Source: Vairimorpha necatrix (Eukaryota). From it: 64,000 bases of DNA. The notes below the pieces were generated by a model. The model worked only from the letters and a program-made list of their open reading frames with translations. It was not told the origin of the DNA and searched no databases. Below, one piece after another: positions 25,067 through 37,400 of this stretch (positions within the stretch are counted from its first letter, which is position 1; every line of letters begins with the position of its first letter). Location of the stretch: the NCBI GenBank assembly GCA_036630325.1, contig CP142734.1, positions 744,001 to 808,000 on the forward strand. The letters run 5' to 3'. The translations under genes were made by a program, and so were the position numbers.

Positions 25067-25926
25067 TGATTTGATAAAAAATATGTTTGTCGATATCCAT
25101 GCCAAGCTTGAAGTGGTAGCCTTTTTAGAAAAATATACCAAAAGTGAATATGAGCGAAGATTTAATGAAATTTGTTTGAATGCCTTATCTGACGCTACCA
25201 AAGACTATGTGATGAAATCAAGTATCAAGAATGTCAAGGATATTATAAATCTGTAGGTAAACTTGGAGAAAGAATTGGTAGTCAGAATTCAGAATGACGT
25301 GGAGTTATCAAGAAATGCCCACTTCGAGAAAATGAACCAAGACAGAGAAATGAGATGAATCGATGGTGTAGCTTGCATAGATCGAGAACTCATAGCACCA
25401 GTGAGTGTTTCAGTAAAAATTAACGAATCGAGAATAAGAATAATAAGATTAAAACAGATGAATTAAAAACAAATAAAGATCTTAAGTTTTCTCATTGTAA
25501 GGTAGTTTTTAAAAAAAAGTCCGAATATTTAACAGTAAAACTTCCAATATCAATTAAGGGCCACGCCGTAATCGCTATTTTAGATACAGGATGCACCAAA
25601 AATTTAATAAGTTTAGAAAAGGTTAAGAAATTAGGTACCATAGCAAGAAAAGACAGAGAGATTGGATTTATATTTGGAAACGGTTATCAGGAAAAATCAG
25701 ATGAGATAATAGAAGAGAAGATTAGTATTAATAATTTAAATATAAACAATGAAGTAAGATTGCACGTGATAAAAGAATTATCAATAGACATAATCTTAGG
25801 AGTAGAGTTTTTAAGTGAGAATCAAATTATTCTAAACTTTATAACCCTAACAATATATCATAATAAGAATATTATTAACATGGTTAACGGATTACCTCAA
25901 CCATTCGAAGAAAACAAAGATTTATT

Positions 25927-27222
25927 GGCTCTACTTAAAATTCGCACCCCCTAAAAAAAATTACATTGACCAATTAAATTTATATAAAAAAAAATATTTT
26001 TAACCCTTAAAATTATATTTAAAACATAATTTTTATGAAAATATGAATTTACAAAAGTTAAAATATTTAAAAAACAGTTATAACATATTATTTAGTTCAA
26101 AAATTTAATTACTTTAACATAGAAAAAATATCGGTTATTTTTACGAAGGCTAATTTGATTGTAAATGGTTTTGAATATTCTATATTTTCTTTTTTCCATT
26201 TAAACTCATCTAACCAACATTTAATTCTTATTTTATTAATTCCTCCACGCTTTCTATAATCAAGCTTAAGATGCGACCACATATTTTCTACATAATTTGT
26301 ATTTTGTCCTTCTTCATTACAAAATCCCATAGAGTGATTTACCACACTATGGTGAGAACCAAATTTACTTATAGCACGTGGATAGGATGGATAACCATCA
26401 GTTACTATATCCGTGCCTACTTTTACATATTTTTTTTAATATTACTAAAATCGTTTCCCATTTTCTATTGGGTATTAGTTACACAAAAAATTCTCTACAA
26501 TTTTCTTCCAATACACCTCCTATTATCCACTGAATTCCAGGTTCAGAATCCAATCGACTAGACGGATTCGATACCATAATTCCATTACAAATAGCTGTTT
26601 CGTCTATTTGTATCCTCTGACCAACTCCATCTATCGTTGTAACAACAGTAGAACACTTGGAAATTGTTTCCATTATTATTTCTTTTACAGAAATATATGT
26701 TGGTTCAGAAGTTTCACACATGTTGATGGCCTGAAAATTAGTATATGACAAACACCAACAATAAATGCAACGAAGAATTTTCTTAAATTCTATATAGAAA
26801 GATTCAAATTTAGAACCTTTATTTAATGAACATCTTAGTTTACAAATTTTTTTGCTACATTTGTACCCCTTTCCTTGAGAAAACAAAGATATGTTTTGAA
26901 TAAACATAATTCCTTTGCACTGATCATTAGTACAGGGAATACAAGGATATAACAAGTTGTTCTTCAATCCGTAGTCGATTGCCCTGTCATTATCAGTGAA
27001 AATAGTATTGTATGGATTGAATTGAAGCATTTCGTCCATCATCCTGTTCATTATAAGGGATAGATAAAATAAAAAAATTTCACGTTCAAAATACCATTAC
27101 TTAAAAATTCGCCCCCCCCGGAAAAAAAAATCCTTTAAAATTTGATTTTATCTCATTTTATACCAAAATTTTTTTTTTCAGTGAACGTATTTTTTAGGGG
27201 GGGCGAATTTTTAAGTAGCGCC
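25927..27222 (-). mobile_element. Merlin/ISXO2-like transposon, one premature stop
   Basis: TIRs ggc.ctacttaaaa(a)ttcgc.cccc; 8-bp TSD gatttatt; ORFs 26479..27051 and 26109..26345 with IQIDET, VNHS and NTNYVENMW. Confidence 0.92.
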
Positions 27223-30200
27223 GATTTATTAATGCAAAAATGCTTTTCAATAAATGAGGAAAATGTCAGCATGAAAAATACTTCAAAAATAATACAATAC
27301 ATAAAAAATAATGATTTGTATAAAGAGATGAAAATTAAAAAAGTTTCATTTGATATCAACACAAAAGAGGATTTGAAGTTGATAAATAAGATATACACTA
27401 TTCCACATAAATTCCTTATAGCGACTAAACAAGAGATACAAAGATTGCTAAAAGAGAAAATTATCAAGTATAGTGAAAGTAAGTATAGCAGTCCAGCGTT
27501 TGTTATTGCTAAGAAAAAAGACGAAAAAAGACTAGTAGTAGACTACAGAGAATTAAACAAAAATATAATAGATGAATTAGATGTATTGCCCAAAATTAAA
27601 GATTTGGTTAACGAGGTCAAGGGGGCAAAATTTTTTTTACTAAAATTGATTATAAAATGGATTTAATCAAGTACCCATAGAAGAAAATTCTATGAATTTA
27701 ACAAGTTTCAAAATTTTAGGAAACGTTTACAAATATACCAGAATCCCATTTGGTATTAAATCTGGTCCTAAATTATTCCAAAGGACCATCAACAAAATAA
27801 TAGCTGAAATACCTTATGTGGTAGTGTACATTGATGATATTTTAATATACACCACAACCAAAGAAGAGCATAATAAGATTTATGCCAAGTATTAGATAGG
27901 TTGGCTAGTTAAGAAGTAAAAATTAACTTTGAAAAAAGCATATTCGGAGTTAAAGAAGTTGAAATGTTGGGGCTGATAATAAACGAAAAAGAAATTAGAC
28001 CAAATGTAGCTAGTATTGATAAATTGCTAGTAAAATTAAATATATCAAAACGCCAAAAATTACAGAAAATTTTAGGGGCATTGAATTGGTACCGAGAATT
28101 TGTACCAAATTTTAGTGCTAAAGTATTGAACTTAACGGATAAATTAAAAGGAGTAGAACAAAAGATAGAACTAACAGATAAAGACAAGCAAGATATAAAA
28201 GATTTGATCACATAAAAGAAATCGAAAAATTAGTGTCCCTAAATACGACGAAGAATTCTGGTTACAGACTGACGCATCTGATAAAGCCATGGGAGCAGTA
28301 TTATTCCAAAAACATGGATGCATAGGATATTATAGTAAAAGGTTTATAGAAACTGAGATAAACTACACGATTGTTGAAAAAGAGATGTTAGCAATCTTAC
28401 AGAGTTTAATGTTTTTTAAAGGAATCATTCTGGGATATCAAGTAAAAATTATGTGTGATAACAGAAATTGCTTATTCGAAACAAAAAATAATAATAGTAG
28501 AATGATAAGATGGAAATTAATGCTTAATGAATATAATTTTACATTAGAAAGCATCGAAGGAAAGAAAAACGTAATCGCAGACAAGTTAGCGCGAATGCCA
28601 TCAGATGAAGTACTGCAAGTAAAGAGTAATAATGGAAGGGAAGATAATATATTACTAAAAGAGACGCCGCCAATTAAAAAAATTAAGATGAACGGTAAAC
28701 TTTATATTAAGCCCAATGAAAGTGAAAATTTAGTCAAAAATATGCACCTAAAAAGCAAGCATGCAGGGATGTTTGTACTATATAACAGTTTGAAAGATTA
28801 TTATTGTATAAATAACAAGAAAGAAGTCATAAGAAAAGTAGTTAACAGTTGTCAGAACTGTAAATTTAATAAAAAGTTCAGCTATCGCAGATTTGAAAAT
28901 AAACTAAAAATTAAAGCAAGAGCGCCGTTTGATAAAATTTGTTCAGACATATATGGTTCAACAAAAATAAATAATAAAAAATGGTATATTATGACTATAA
29001 TTGATGTTTACACACGATACACAAAGGTATATAAATTAAGAGAAATTACAGAATAAAGAGTGGTAGAGTGTTTTGGAAAATGGTTTAATGAATTTCACCA
29101 TCCAAAAACAATAATTACTGATAACGGAATACAGTATACTAGTAATTTAGTAAAAGAATTTACTGATTAGAATGATATAAATCTTATACATGTTCCGAAA
29201 TACCATTTACAGAGCAATGGTATCTGTGAGAGAACAAATAGCACTATCTCTGAAATAATCAGATTATATAGAAAGGAATCTTTGGAAAACATAATAGAAA
29301 ATATAGAGATTAGGCTTAATAAGAACTATAGAAGATCAATAGGATGTGCAGCCGAAGAATTAGTTACAGGTATCAATCAATACGATCCTGAAGACAGAAT
29401 CCAGCTGAAGAAAATATCAAGCAGTAAGAAACCGTATACAGTTAAGAAAAGTTTCGTCGAATCAAAAATCGGAGATAAAGTATACGTGAAAAACTTTCAA
29501 GGCAAGAAATGGGAAAAGGCATTTAAAGGGCCATACATAGTAGAATTAGTTAGCAAAAATAACAGATGGATCAAAGCCAAGGGAATATATGAATGGGTTC
29601 ACATTGCAGATACTAAACAATAAAATCTAAGGAGGGGCAGGGTTTAAATCCTAAATATCATAAAAATAATTTATAAATATTTCCCTCCAAATTCTTCCAG
29701 TTTTCCCTCCAACATCTATTTAAATATTTTATCCGGAGAGGGGTACGGAGTTATGGAAAGAAGGAGTATTATTAACAATAAAAATATTTTACATACTTTC
29801 CTCAGTGGTGGATACCACAGTTATAAAAAGAGTTTGGTTTATCTGATTTGTAGAAGGAAGAGTGTTGGTTTGCGTTATGATGTTGTACCATGTTGTTCAT
29901 GGAATTTCTCTATTTATATTACATAGTAACCAATAGAAAGAAATAAGATTTGACTGACCAATAATAGTTGACCATAACTGACCGTTCCGAAGAAACATCA
30001 GCGTTTTAGTATTTATTGGTTTTTATAAATCATGTGGTATGATCCATTATACCACATCTATGCTTATAAAATACCGAAAAATATACCAAAAAATATCTTT
30101 TTTTATTTTTCAAAGTAAATCGTTATGTCACTTTTTTATATTTTTTTTAAATTTTCGATGCGGGTTCCAAATGGCCATGTACCAATTAAAATAATACTAA

Positions 30201-30269
30201 AGACGGAAAATATAGGAGAAGTGTCAATTGGTTTCAAGAAAAAAAACTTAAACTGGTTCTGCCGATATA

Positions 30270-30592
30270 AATTACCTTGCGATAATAGAATGGATTGTCA
30301 TTCATTGGTCCATGTATCGAAAGATACTTTTGACATTAGTGACTTGATCATTGTAGCTAAAGAATTTGATGATAATACAAAAAGAGAAACTAAATTTATC
30401 TTATTTTTCTAAAGAAGTTAGGATTACAAAAATTCTCTCAAATAACTCAGTGAAAATTGCAACCAAAATAATGCACATAGTTTTTGTTACCATGTCTAGA
30501 CTAAAAAACTCTTATATCAAACAAATTATCCTAAAAAAAATCTCAGTGTCCGTTTTATTTTTTTTTTAAGGGGCCAACGCCGGCGCGGCACA
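30270..30592 (+). mobile_element. 3' remnant of the Ginger-like element
   Basis: Homologous to 11147..11390 (RMD.HSLVH.SK.TF) and ends in a decayed TIR ggggccaacgccggcgcggcaca. Confidence 0.75.
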
Positions 30593-30797
30593 GTTAATAA
30601 AAGAAATATAAAAAGGGATACGTCAAAAACAGAATAAGAGCGGTCTTAGGACATCAAAATTAGCTAATAATTTTGGACAAATGTGCGTATTTTATTTGAT
30701 TAGCTACTAAACTATAAAAATTATTTTTAAAAAGAGAAGGAAAATACTGTGCAAACATTTGACATATAATATACTTCAATGATACTAAAAGTATTTT

Positions 30798-33278
30798 TTA
30801 TTTTCGCCTTTTAATTATTTTATCATGATTTTCCAATAACTTTTTTAGCTCATCATGCAATGGTATTTCTTTATTCTTATAAAATTTCATGAGGTCTTTT
30901 TTACCCATCCATGCCCGCATTTTTTCATAATTTTTTTTACATTTTTCCTTAAAATGCTCATCATCTACTAGTTTACTTTCAAAAAATGACGTCAGCGCTT
31001 GTACGAAATAAACATCTCGATTATTTCTCACATTTTCCATTATTTTAACATTTATTTCTGGATGTAAATTTTCTAAAACCTCATTTTTATATTCATTTAT
31101 AAAAGTTTCGTCTACCCCATCAAATATTTTAATAATATCGTCCATTCTCAAAGTATTATAGATGATATTTTCAATCTCCTTTATTGTTCTTGTTCTTGTA
31201 TCATTTTCAAATTTTTCAAAAACTTCTTCATCATATAAATGATCAACTAATTTAGTTAAAGCTTCGTTTTTTAATTTATAAATTATTTTTTTTAACTTTG
31301 ATCCAATTACGTTTTGCAATATTTTTTTTGCCTCATTTTGAAAATTTCTCTTATCTTGATCACCCAATATATTATTTGTTTGGAACTTTATAATTTTGTC
31401 TTTTAAACATTTTATTTCGGCTCTTATTATTTCTTCATAAGAAAGTTCTGATAATTTTTCTTTTATAAGTTTATTATTACTATTTACTTCATCGTCAGTT
31501 AAATTTATAGATCTAATAAAATCAGCCTTTTTAGTTGATAAAAAACAACGAATAGGTATATAAATTTCATTTGCAGATAGAACAAATATAAATGTGAGAT
31601 TATAGAAATAGTCTCTAATAGATTTTTTAGACTCTTCAAGATCTTTAAGATAATTATGTGCTAACTCTTTATATATTTTTATCAAATCTATTAATAAATA
31701 GTCATATGATAAGTGCGAACCACCTTCACTTACATTGTCATTATGTATTTCTTCATTATCGCCTGGTCTTTCTACACTGCCATTAGAAGAATCAGCACTA
31801 TCTTCTCTCTCTAGTTCACTACCATAATTAGTATCTTCACTAACATAATAATTATCGTCGCTATTTTCACTTTCCTCATGATTTTCTTCTGTAAATCTTT
31901 CTTTTGATTCAATTAGCTTGGCAATGTTTTTCAAAGTACCGAATATTGATTCATCATTTATGTTATTTTCATTCATATATTTCTCTGCTTCTATTAATAA
32001 AACTATGTTCATTATAAATGTGGTTTCATTACATCTATTATTATATGAATTATCAAATAATATATCTCGGAGTTTATTCTTTTTCGACTCCTCTATTTCG
32101 TTATTTTCTATTATTTTTAACATTTCATCCTTTTCTATTGCTTCCTGATCCAACAACAGATGTGCAAATATTATATTTAAAACTAAACCCGGATTACTAA
32201 AAATTCTATCTAAAAGAAAATCGACTTTGTTGTCACTTGCTAACAATCTAAAAAACATTTCAACACCAACAAGACAATCTCTATCATTTTTAATCATATT
32301 AATTCTATTAAAAAACTCAATAAATTCTAAAAATATGTCTTCTTGAATATTAAATTCATTTTTATCGAGACTTCTATTTGGATTTAACAAATAAAAAAAT
32401 TCGCCAGATTTTTGTTCAAACCACAATTTATCACTTTCAAAATCAATATTGATGATTATATCATACACTTTTATTTTATTTAATGATAAATCGAGGCAAG
32501 TTTGGTCATATAAATCGAATTCATCAATACAATCTGATTTGTATAGATCATAAAGTTGTTTACGTATTTCATTATCGGTTTCATTATCCAAATTCCTTTT
32601 GTTTTTCATTATTACAAATTGTTCTTCTATTCCAAGTTCCTTGGTATTTACTTCAAATATATAATAGATTTCATCAAAAAATATGGAAAATGTTATGTAA
32701 AGTTCATTATTTCTTTTGATAAAACCAGGTACGTGAAACGAACTAGATCTATTCCTTAAATCATCAGAGCTATGCGGCAGGTAATCAAATATAATATTCC
32801 AGTTTTCCTCTCTTTCTAATATGTAAGTATAAGGAAATTTATGATTAGAATTATTTTCAGTTCTCTCCAAATTAATTTTTTTTATATGAGCAACTATTTT
32901 TTTGTAAGTGGAATTTGGTTCGCAATATTCTGCATCATAAGTTAATACTATATAATCTGGTGAATTAATATTACAGAACTTCATTATTTCATTTTCCAGC
33001 AATCTAACAATAACTTCTATTGACTTATGATCACAACCTATCATTTTGGGCTTTGAAAGCTCCTTTTCCTTTGTATTATTTATTTTTTGAATCATTTTTA
33101 TGTAAAGAATATTATCACTCCAGGATTCTAATTGAATTCTTAAATATTTTCGTTCTGTGTTGATCTCCTTATAATCTCTACTATCTATCTTCTGATTTAT
33201 TAATGAATGCAAATTATCATAGTCATTTCTACTTCCTTGTGCAATACATAAAAAAGCTATGATTGTGTAAATATCCAT
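30798..33278 (-). CDS. Hypothetical secreted protein, 826 aa
   Basis: Intact long ORF, N-terminal hydrophobic signal peptide (MDIYTIIAFLCIAQG), acidic central segment, no recognisable domain. Confidence 0.85.
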   Translation of the reverse strand: MDIYTIIAFLCIAQGSRNDYDNLHSLINQKIDSRDYKEINTERKYLRIQLESWSDNILYIKMIQKINNTKEKELSKPKMIGCDHKSIEVIVRLLENEIMKFCNINSPDYIVLTYDAEYCEPNSTYKKIVAHIKKINLERTENNSNHKFPYTYILEREENWNIIFDYLPHSSDDLRNRSSSFHVPGFIKRNNELYITFSIFFDEIYYIFEVNTKELGIEEQFVIMKNKRNLDNETDNEIRKQLYDLYKSDCIDEFDLYDQTCLDLSLNKIKVYDIIINIDFESDKLWFEQKSGEFFYLLNPNRSLDKNEFNIQEDIFLEFIEFFNRINMIKNDRDCLVGVEMFFRLLASDNKVDFLLDRIFSNPGLVLNIIFAHLLLDQEAIEKDEMLKIIENNEIEESKKNKLRDILFDNSYNNRCNETTFIMNIVLLIEAEKYMNENNINDESIFGTLKNIAKLIESKERFTEENHEESENSDDNYYVSEDTNYGSELEREDSADSSNGSVERPGDNEEIHNDNVSEGGSHLSYDYLLIDLIKIYKELAHNYLKDLEESKKSIRDYFYNLTFIFVLSANEIYIPIRCFLSTKKADFIRSINLTDDEVNSNNKLIKEKLSELSYEEIIRAEIKCLKDKIIKFQTNNILGDQDKRNFQNEAKKILQNVIGSKLKKIIYKLKNEALTKLVDHLYDEEVFEKFENDTRTRTIKEIENIIYNTLRMDDIIKIFDGVDETFINEYKNEVLENLHPEINVKIMENVRNNRDVYFVQALTSFFESKLVDDEHFKEKCKKNYEKMRAWMGKKDLMKFYKNKEIPLHDELKKLLENHDKIIKRRK

Positions 33279-34419
33279 AAGGACAAAAAAAATTACAATT
33301 TATATTAAAAAAAGTACGAATAAATGTCAAAATCCGAAAAAAAAAATTTAATGATATAAACATACACACATAACACTTTCAAACGAAATTTTTACATTTT
33401 ATCATGATGTCAAAATACTCATTGATAAATCATCATTCTCGAATGTGTATATACAAAAAAATTATTCTACAAATTACTGCATGTATTTGACAATTATAAA
33501 GTAAAATTTAAATGAATTAAGATAAAACTTGGTAGATATAAATGCTGCCAATATTATATAACTAAATTTAATTATGTTTTTTGGAAATTTTGATAAAATT
33601 ATAAGTGATATTTGGCACGTGTCAAACAATTAAAACAAATTGTAAATTTATTGCGTTTTTTAATTTAAAAAAGGAGGAAAAGTGACATGAACCGGAGTAA
33701 TATCTGTGTTTTTTAAATACTTTTCTAAAATTGTGATGTACATTGCTACATCACATGAGCAGATGTCAAATATGTCATCTGTCATTGATGTCCAAAGACA
33801 TGTCAAGCATTCAAGTTGCATGTCAAGATGGGTCACACAAACAAACAAACGAAAGTTGCATGGTCGTTACTACATTCGTAAGTACGCCAATGTTTGTAGT
33901 TTAGTGTTGACAACAATCTTTAAATTAAAAATAAACTATAAAAGAAATATTGCTGAGAAGGGGACGCGGAAATGATTAGAGAAGATTTATTAAACAATCA
34001 GAACAAATATCATAATAAACATAATAAAACTATTAACATTAACAATTATTTAGAACAATATTACAAAAATGGCCATGTACCCCGGATACATGACAAAAAT
34101 ATTTGTATTATATTTATTTTTATTTGATTTGTTTTTATAGTTATTCTTCATGCTCGGTGTCTACTAACTTTTTCGTCTATTTATATTTATTTATGAAACA
34201 TAACGTTTCATGTCCGATCGCTAGACATCACCCCCTTAGACTATTCATTCGGGGCAGTGTTTTACTGAATAAAGTTTATACAGTAAAACACAGATGTCAT
34301 GGTTTTGAGGACATGACAATTAGAAATATTACAATATAGAATAAAAATAGAATTTAGTTCTAGAATATTTGTTTTTTTTTACAGAGTAGGAATAGTGTGG
34401 ATCATGATGCTTTTAAAAA

Positions 34420-37400
34420 TCATATATATAAAAGAATTTTATTTAATTTTTTACCCCTAAAATATAAAAAATGGTAAAAAAATAAAATTGCTAATTTTGA
34501 CTTAAAAATGATTTTGAATACTTGAATTGTATTTTATAGACAATTTTAACCCACTTCTATTCTTTAAAACTTGAAATATAAATCATTTTCGAAATGCTTA
34601 GAAATATGATTTTCTCCTTTTTAATTTCTTCCTTTTAGAAAAAGAAAACAAAAACAATATGAAACAAAATGTAGAAAAAATTGGTTGCTAATGTGTGAAA
34701 TTAACTTAATTGAATTTATATTTGTTTCTGAATTAACTCTAAAACTGCAATGTCGGTTCAATAATATACTTAACTTCTAAAAATCACATTTGCTCCTTTT
34801 TAATTCTTACCAGAAATGGAAAATCAAAAATCAAAACAAGAAACAAGAAACAAACATTGGAAAGATGATTTACAAACAGTAGAAATTTATCAACTGACTA
34901 ACAAACTCAATTAAATAAGATTCACACTAATATCAATTCTATTTATAAAAATTATATTCTCATTTTTGTTTTCTTCTTCCCAAAATGGAATTTCAAAAAC
35001 TATAAATACTTTTTTTTTTCTTTACCCCCATTATGTTTACGAAAAATCAAACAAAAAATGATTGTAGTAAGCAACCCAAAGCAAACGTCACTATCTCTCA
35101 GGAGATAAGTAGTAATACTGAAAACAACAATGTTGTTTTCTATGAAGCCAAGACATCTGTAAATAGCACTAAAAATAAAAAAACAAATGCTGGAGAAACA
35201 AAAAAAAGGAATTCTATATTCAGTTTCTCTAGCGAAAACAAAACGGCCCAAGAAACAGAAGAAACAATCATGAGAATTAATAACACTAAGATGGATGCTT
35301 TGACGGAGATTCTAGATGTAGCTTGCAGAATCAGTACTAGAAACCATGCCGAACATTATTGTGGAGATCTCAAAGAAGAATGTGGCTTTTGTGGTGCATT
35401 ACATTTTGCTGGAGAAGCAAGCAGTAATGGATTATACAAAAGCTGCTGTCATTTTGGGAAAGTTAAATTACAAAGAACAAGAGACTTCCCAGACGAGATT
35501 AAGAATTTATATATAGGAAAAAATAAAGATGCAAAAAACTTCAGAGACAATATTAGATCCTACAATGCTGCTCTTTCTTTTGCTTCTCTTGGTGCTCAAA
35601 TAGAAACTGTATCCAATGGACCATATGTATTTAAAATACATGGTCAAGTGTATCATAACACTTATAATGTAAATAATATGGACTCTAATACACCAAAGAA
35701 GTATGCTCAATTATATGTAGTAGATAGTGATATGGCAAATGCCCAAAGAATGACGAATCCATCTAATAGAAATTGTGATATATATATCATGAGCAAATTA
35801 GATGGATTTATAAGATCTGCCAATCCATATTCCAATGCATACAAGAATATGTCTGAAGTAATAAAGGAGCAAAAGGAGATGGGAAAAGAAGTTAAAGACA
35901 TTTCTATGGTCTTTAATAAGAATTTAGAAAGGGATCAGAGAAGGTATAATGCTCCCTCAACAAATGAAATCGCAATGATTTTTACTGATCCAAATGGAGA
36001 ACCACCATTTGAAAGGGACATTAAAGTATATAGCAAGGGTCTTAGTTCTGATAATTTACATTTGGATATTTTAAGTCCACATTTAGATCCAATGACATAT
36101 ACTTTGTTCTATCCACATGGCGAAGCTGGATGGAACGCAAATTTGAGGATTGAGTCTTATCATGGGGAATCACAGAAGATATCTTTACTACAATATAAAG
36201 TAGCACAAATATCTATAAGAAAAGATAAGTTCAATCCTTTACTCTATGGAGGGAAGTTGTTTCAACAATGGATTGTAGATTCATATCTACAAGTAGAAGC
36301 AAACAACTTGAACTTCATAAAGTTAAATCAGAAGAAGTTGAGGGTAGATCTTTACAAAGGCTTAGTAGATTATATAAATAATGGAATAGAAAGTAATGCT
36401 AAGCCTGTAATTTTACCATCAAGCTTCCAGGGATCTCCAAGAAATATGAAGGAAAGATACCACGATGCAATGTCTATCGTAAGAAATTTCGGCAAGCCCG
36501 ATCTTTTTATTACTATGACTTGCAATCCAAATTGGAAGGAGATAAAGGAGAATCTATTTGGGGGACAAACTGCAGTTGATAGGCCTGATTTGGTAGCAAA
36601 GGTCTTTAACTTGAAATTAAAAAGCATGATGGAGGAGATTTTGTCAGGAAGAGTATTTGGGGAAGTTGTGGCTCATGTCTATTCCATTGAGTTCCAAAAA
36701 CGTGGACTTCCTCATGCTCACATATTGATAATGTTAAAGGATAAGATTCGGGATGAAGAAAGAATAGATAAGTATGTGAGTGCAGAAATACCATCACCCA
36801 TGGACAATGAGATGTTACACAACTGTGTAACAAAACATATGATTCATGGACCATGTGGATTAAGTTACTTGACAAGTCCATGCATGGAAAATGGTGTCTG
36901 CACGAAAGAATATCCCAAAGAATATAACTTTGAAACAAAGATAAATAATGACGGATATCCTGAATACCGAAGAATAAGAGGGACCGAGTACAATGTAAGG
37001 GGAAACATTGTTACTAATGCTAACGTGGTCCCCTATAATGCTTATTTGCTTGAAAAATACAACTGTCATATCAATGTAGAAGTTTGTACTTCTATCAAGT
37101 CAGTTAAGTATATTTTCAAGTATATTTACAAGGGATTTGATTGTGCAGAAATGAGAATAACTGACAACAACGAAATTGATCATTTTGTGAATTCCAGATA
37201 TGTTTCAGCACCAGAGGCTACCTGGAGATTAATGGAATACAAGATGCATGGGAGATCTCATAAGATCCATAGACTTCCTGTGCATCTTCCACAAGAACAC
37301 TTGATCACTTTCGAAGAAGGGAAAGAAGAGGAAGCTGTTAGATTATCTGATCTTAGACAGACTCCTCTTTTAGCTTACTTCAAATTAAATGAAGTCGATG

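Larger units (their letters stand above)
22964..29819 (+). mobile_element. Ty3/gypsy element with nested Helitron trimer and Merlin
   Basis: LTRs 22964..23141 and ~29642..29819; TSD gttat; PPT aaggaggggcag; protease LDTG (~25580), YIDD (~27827), RNase H TDAS, integrase and GPY. Confidence 0.92.
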
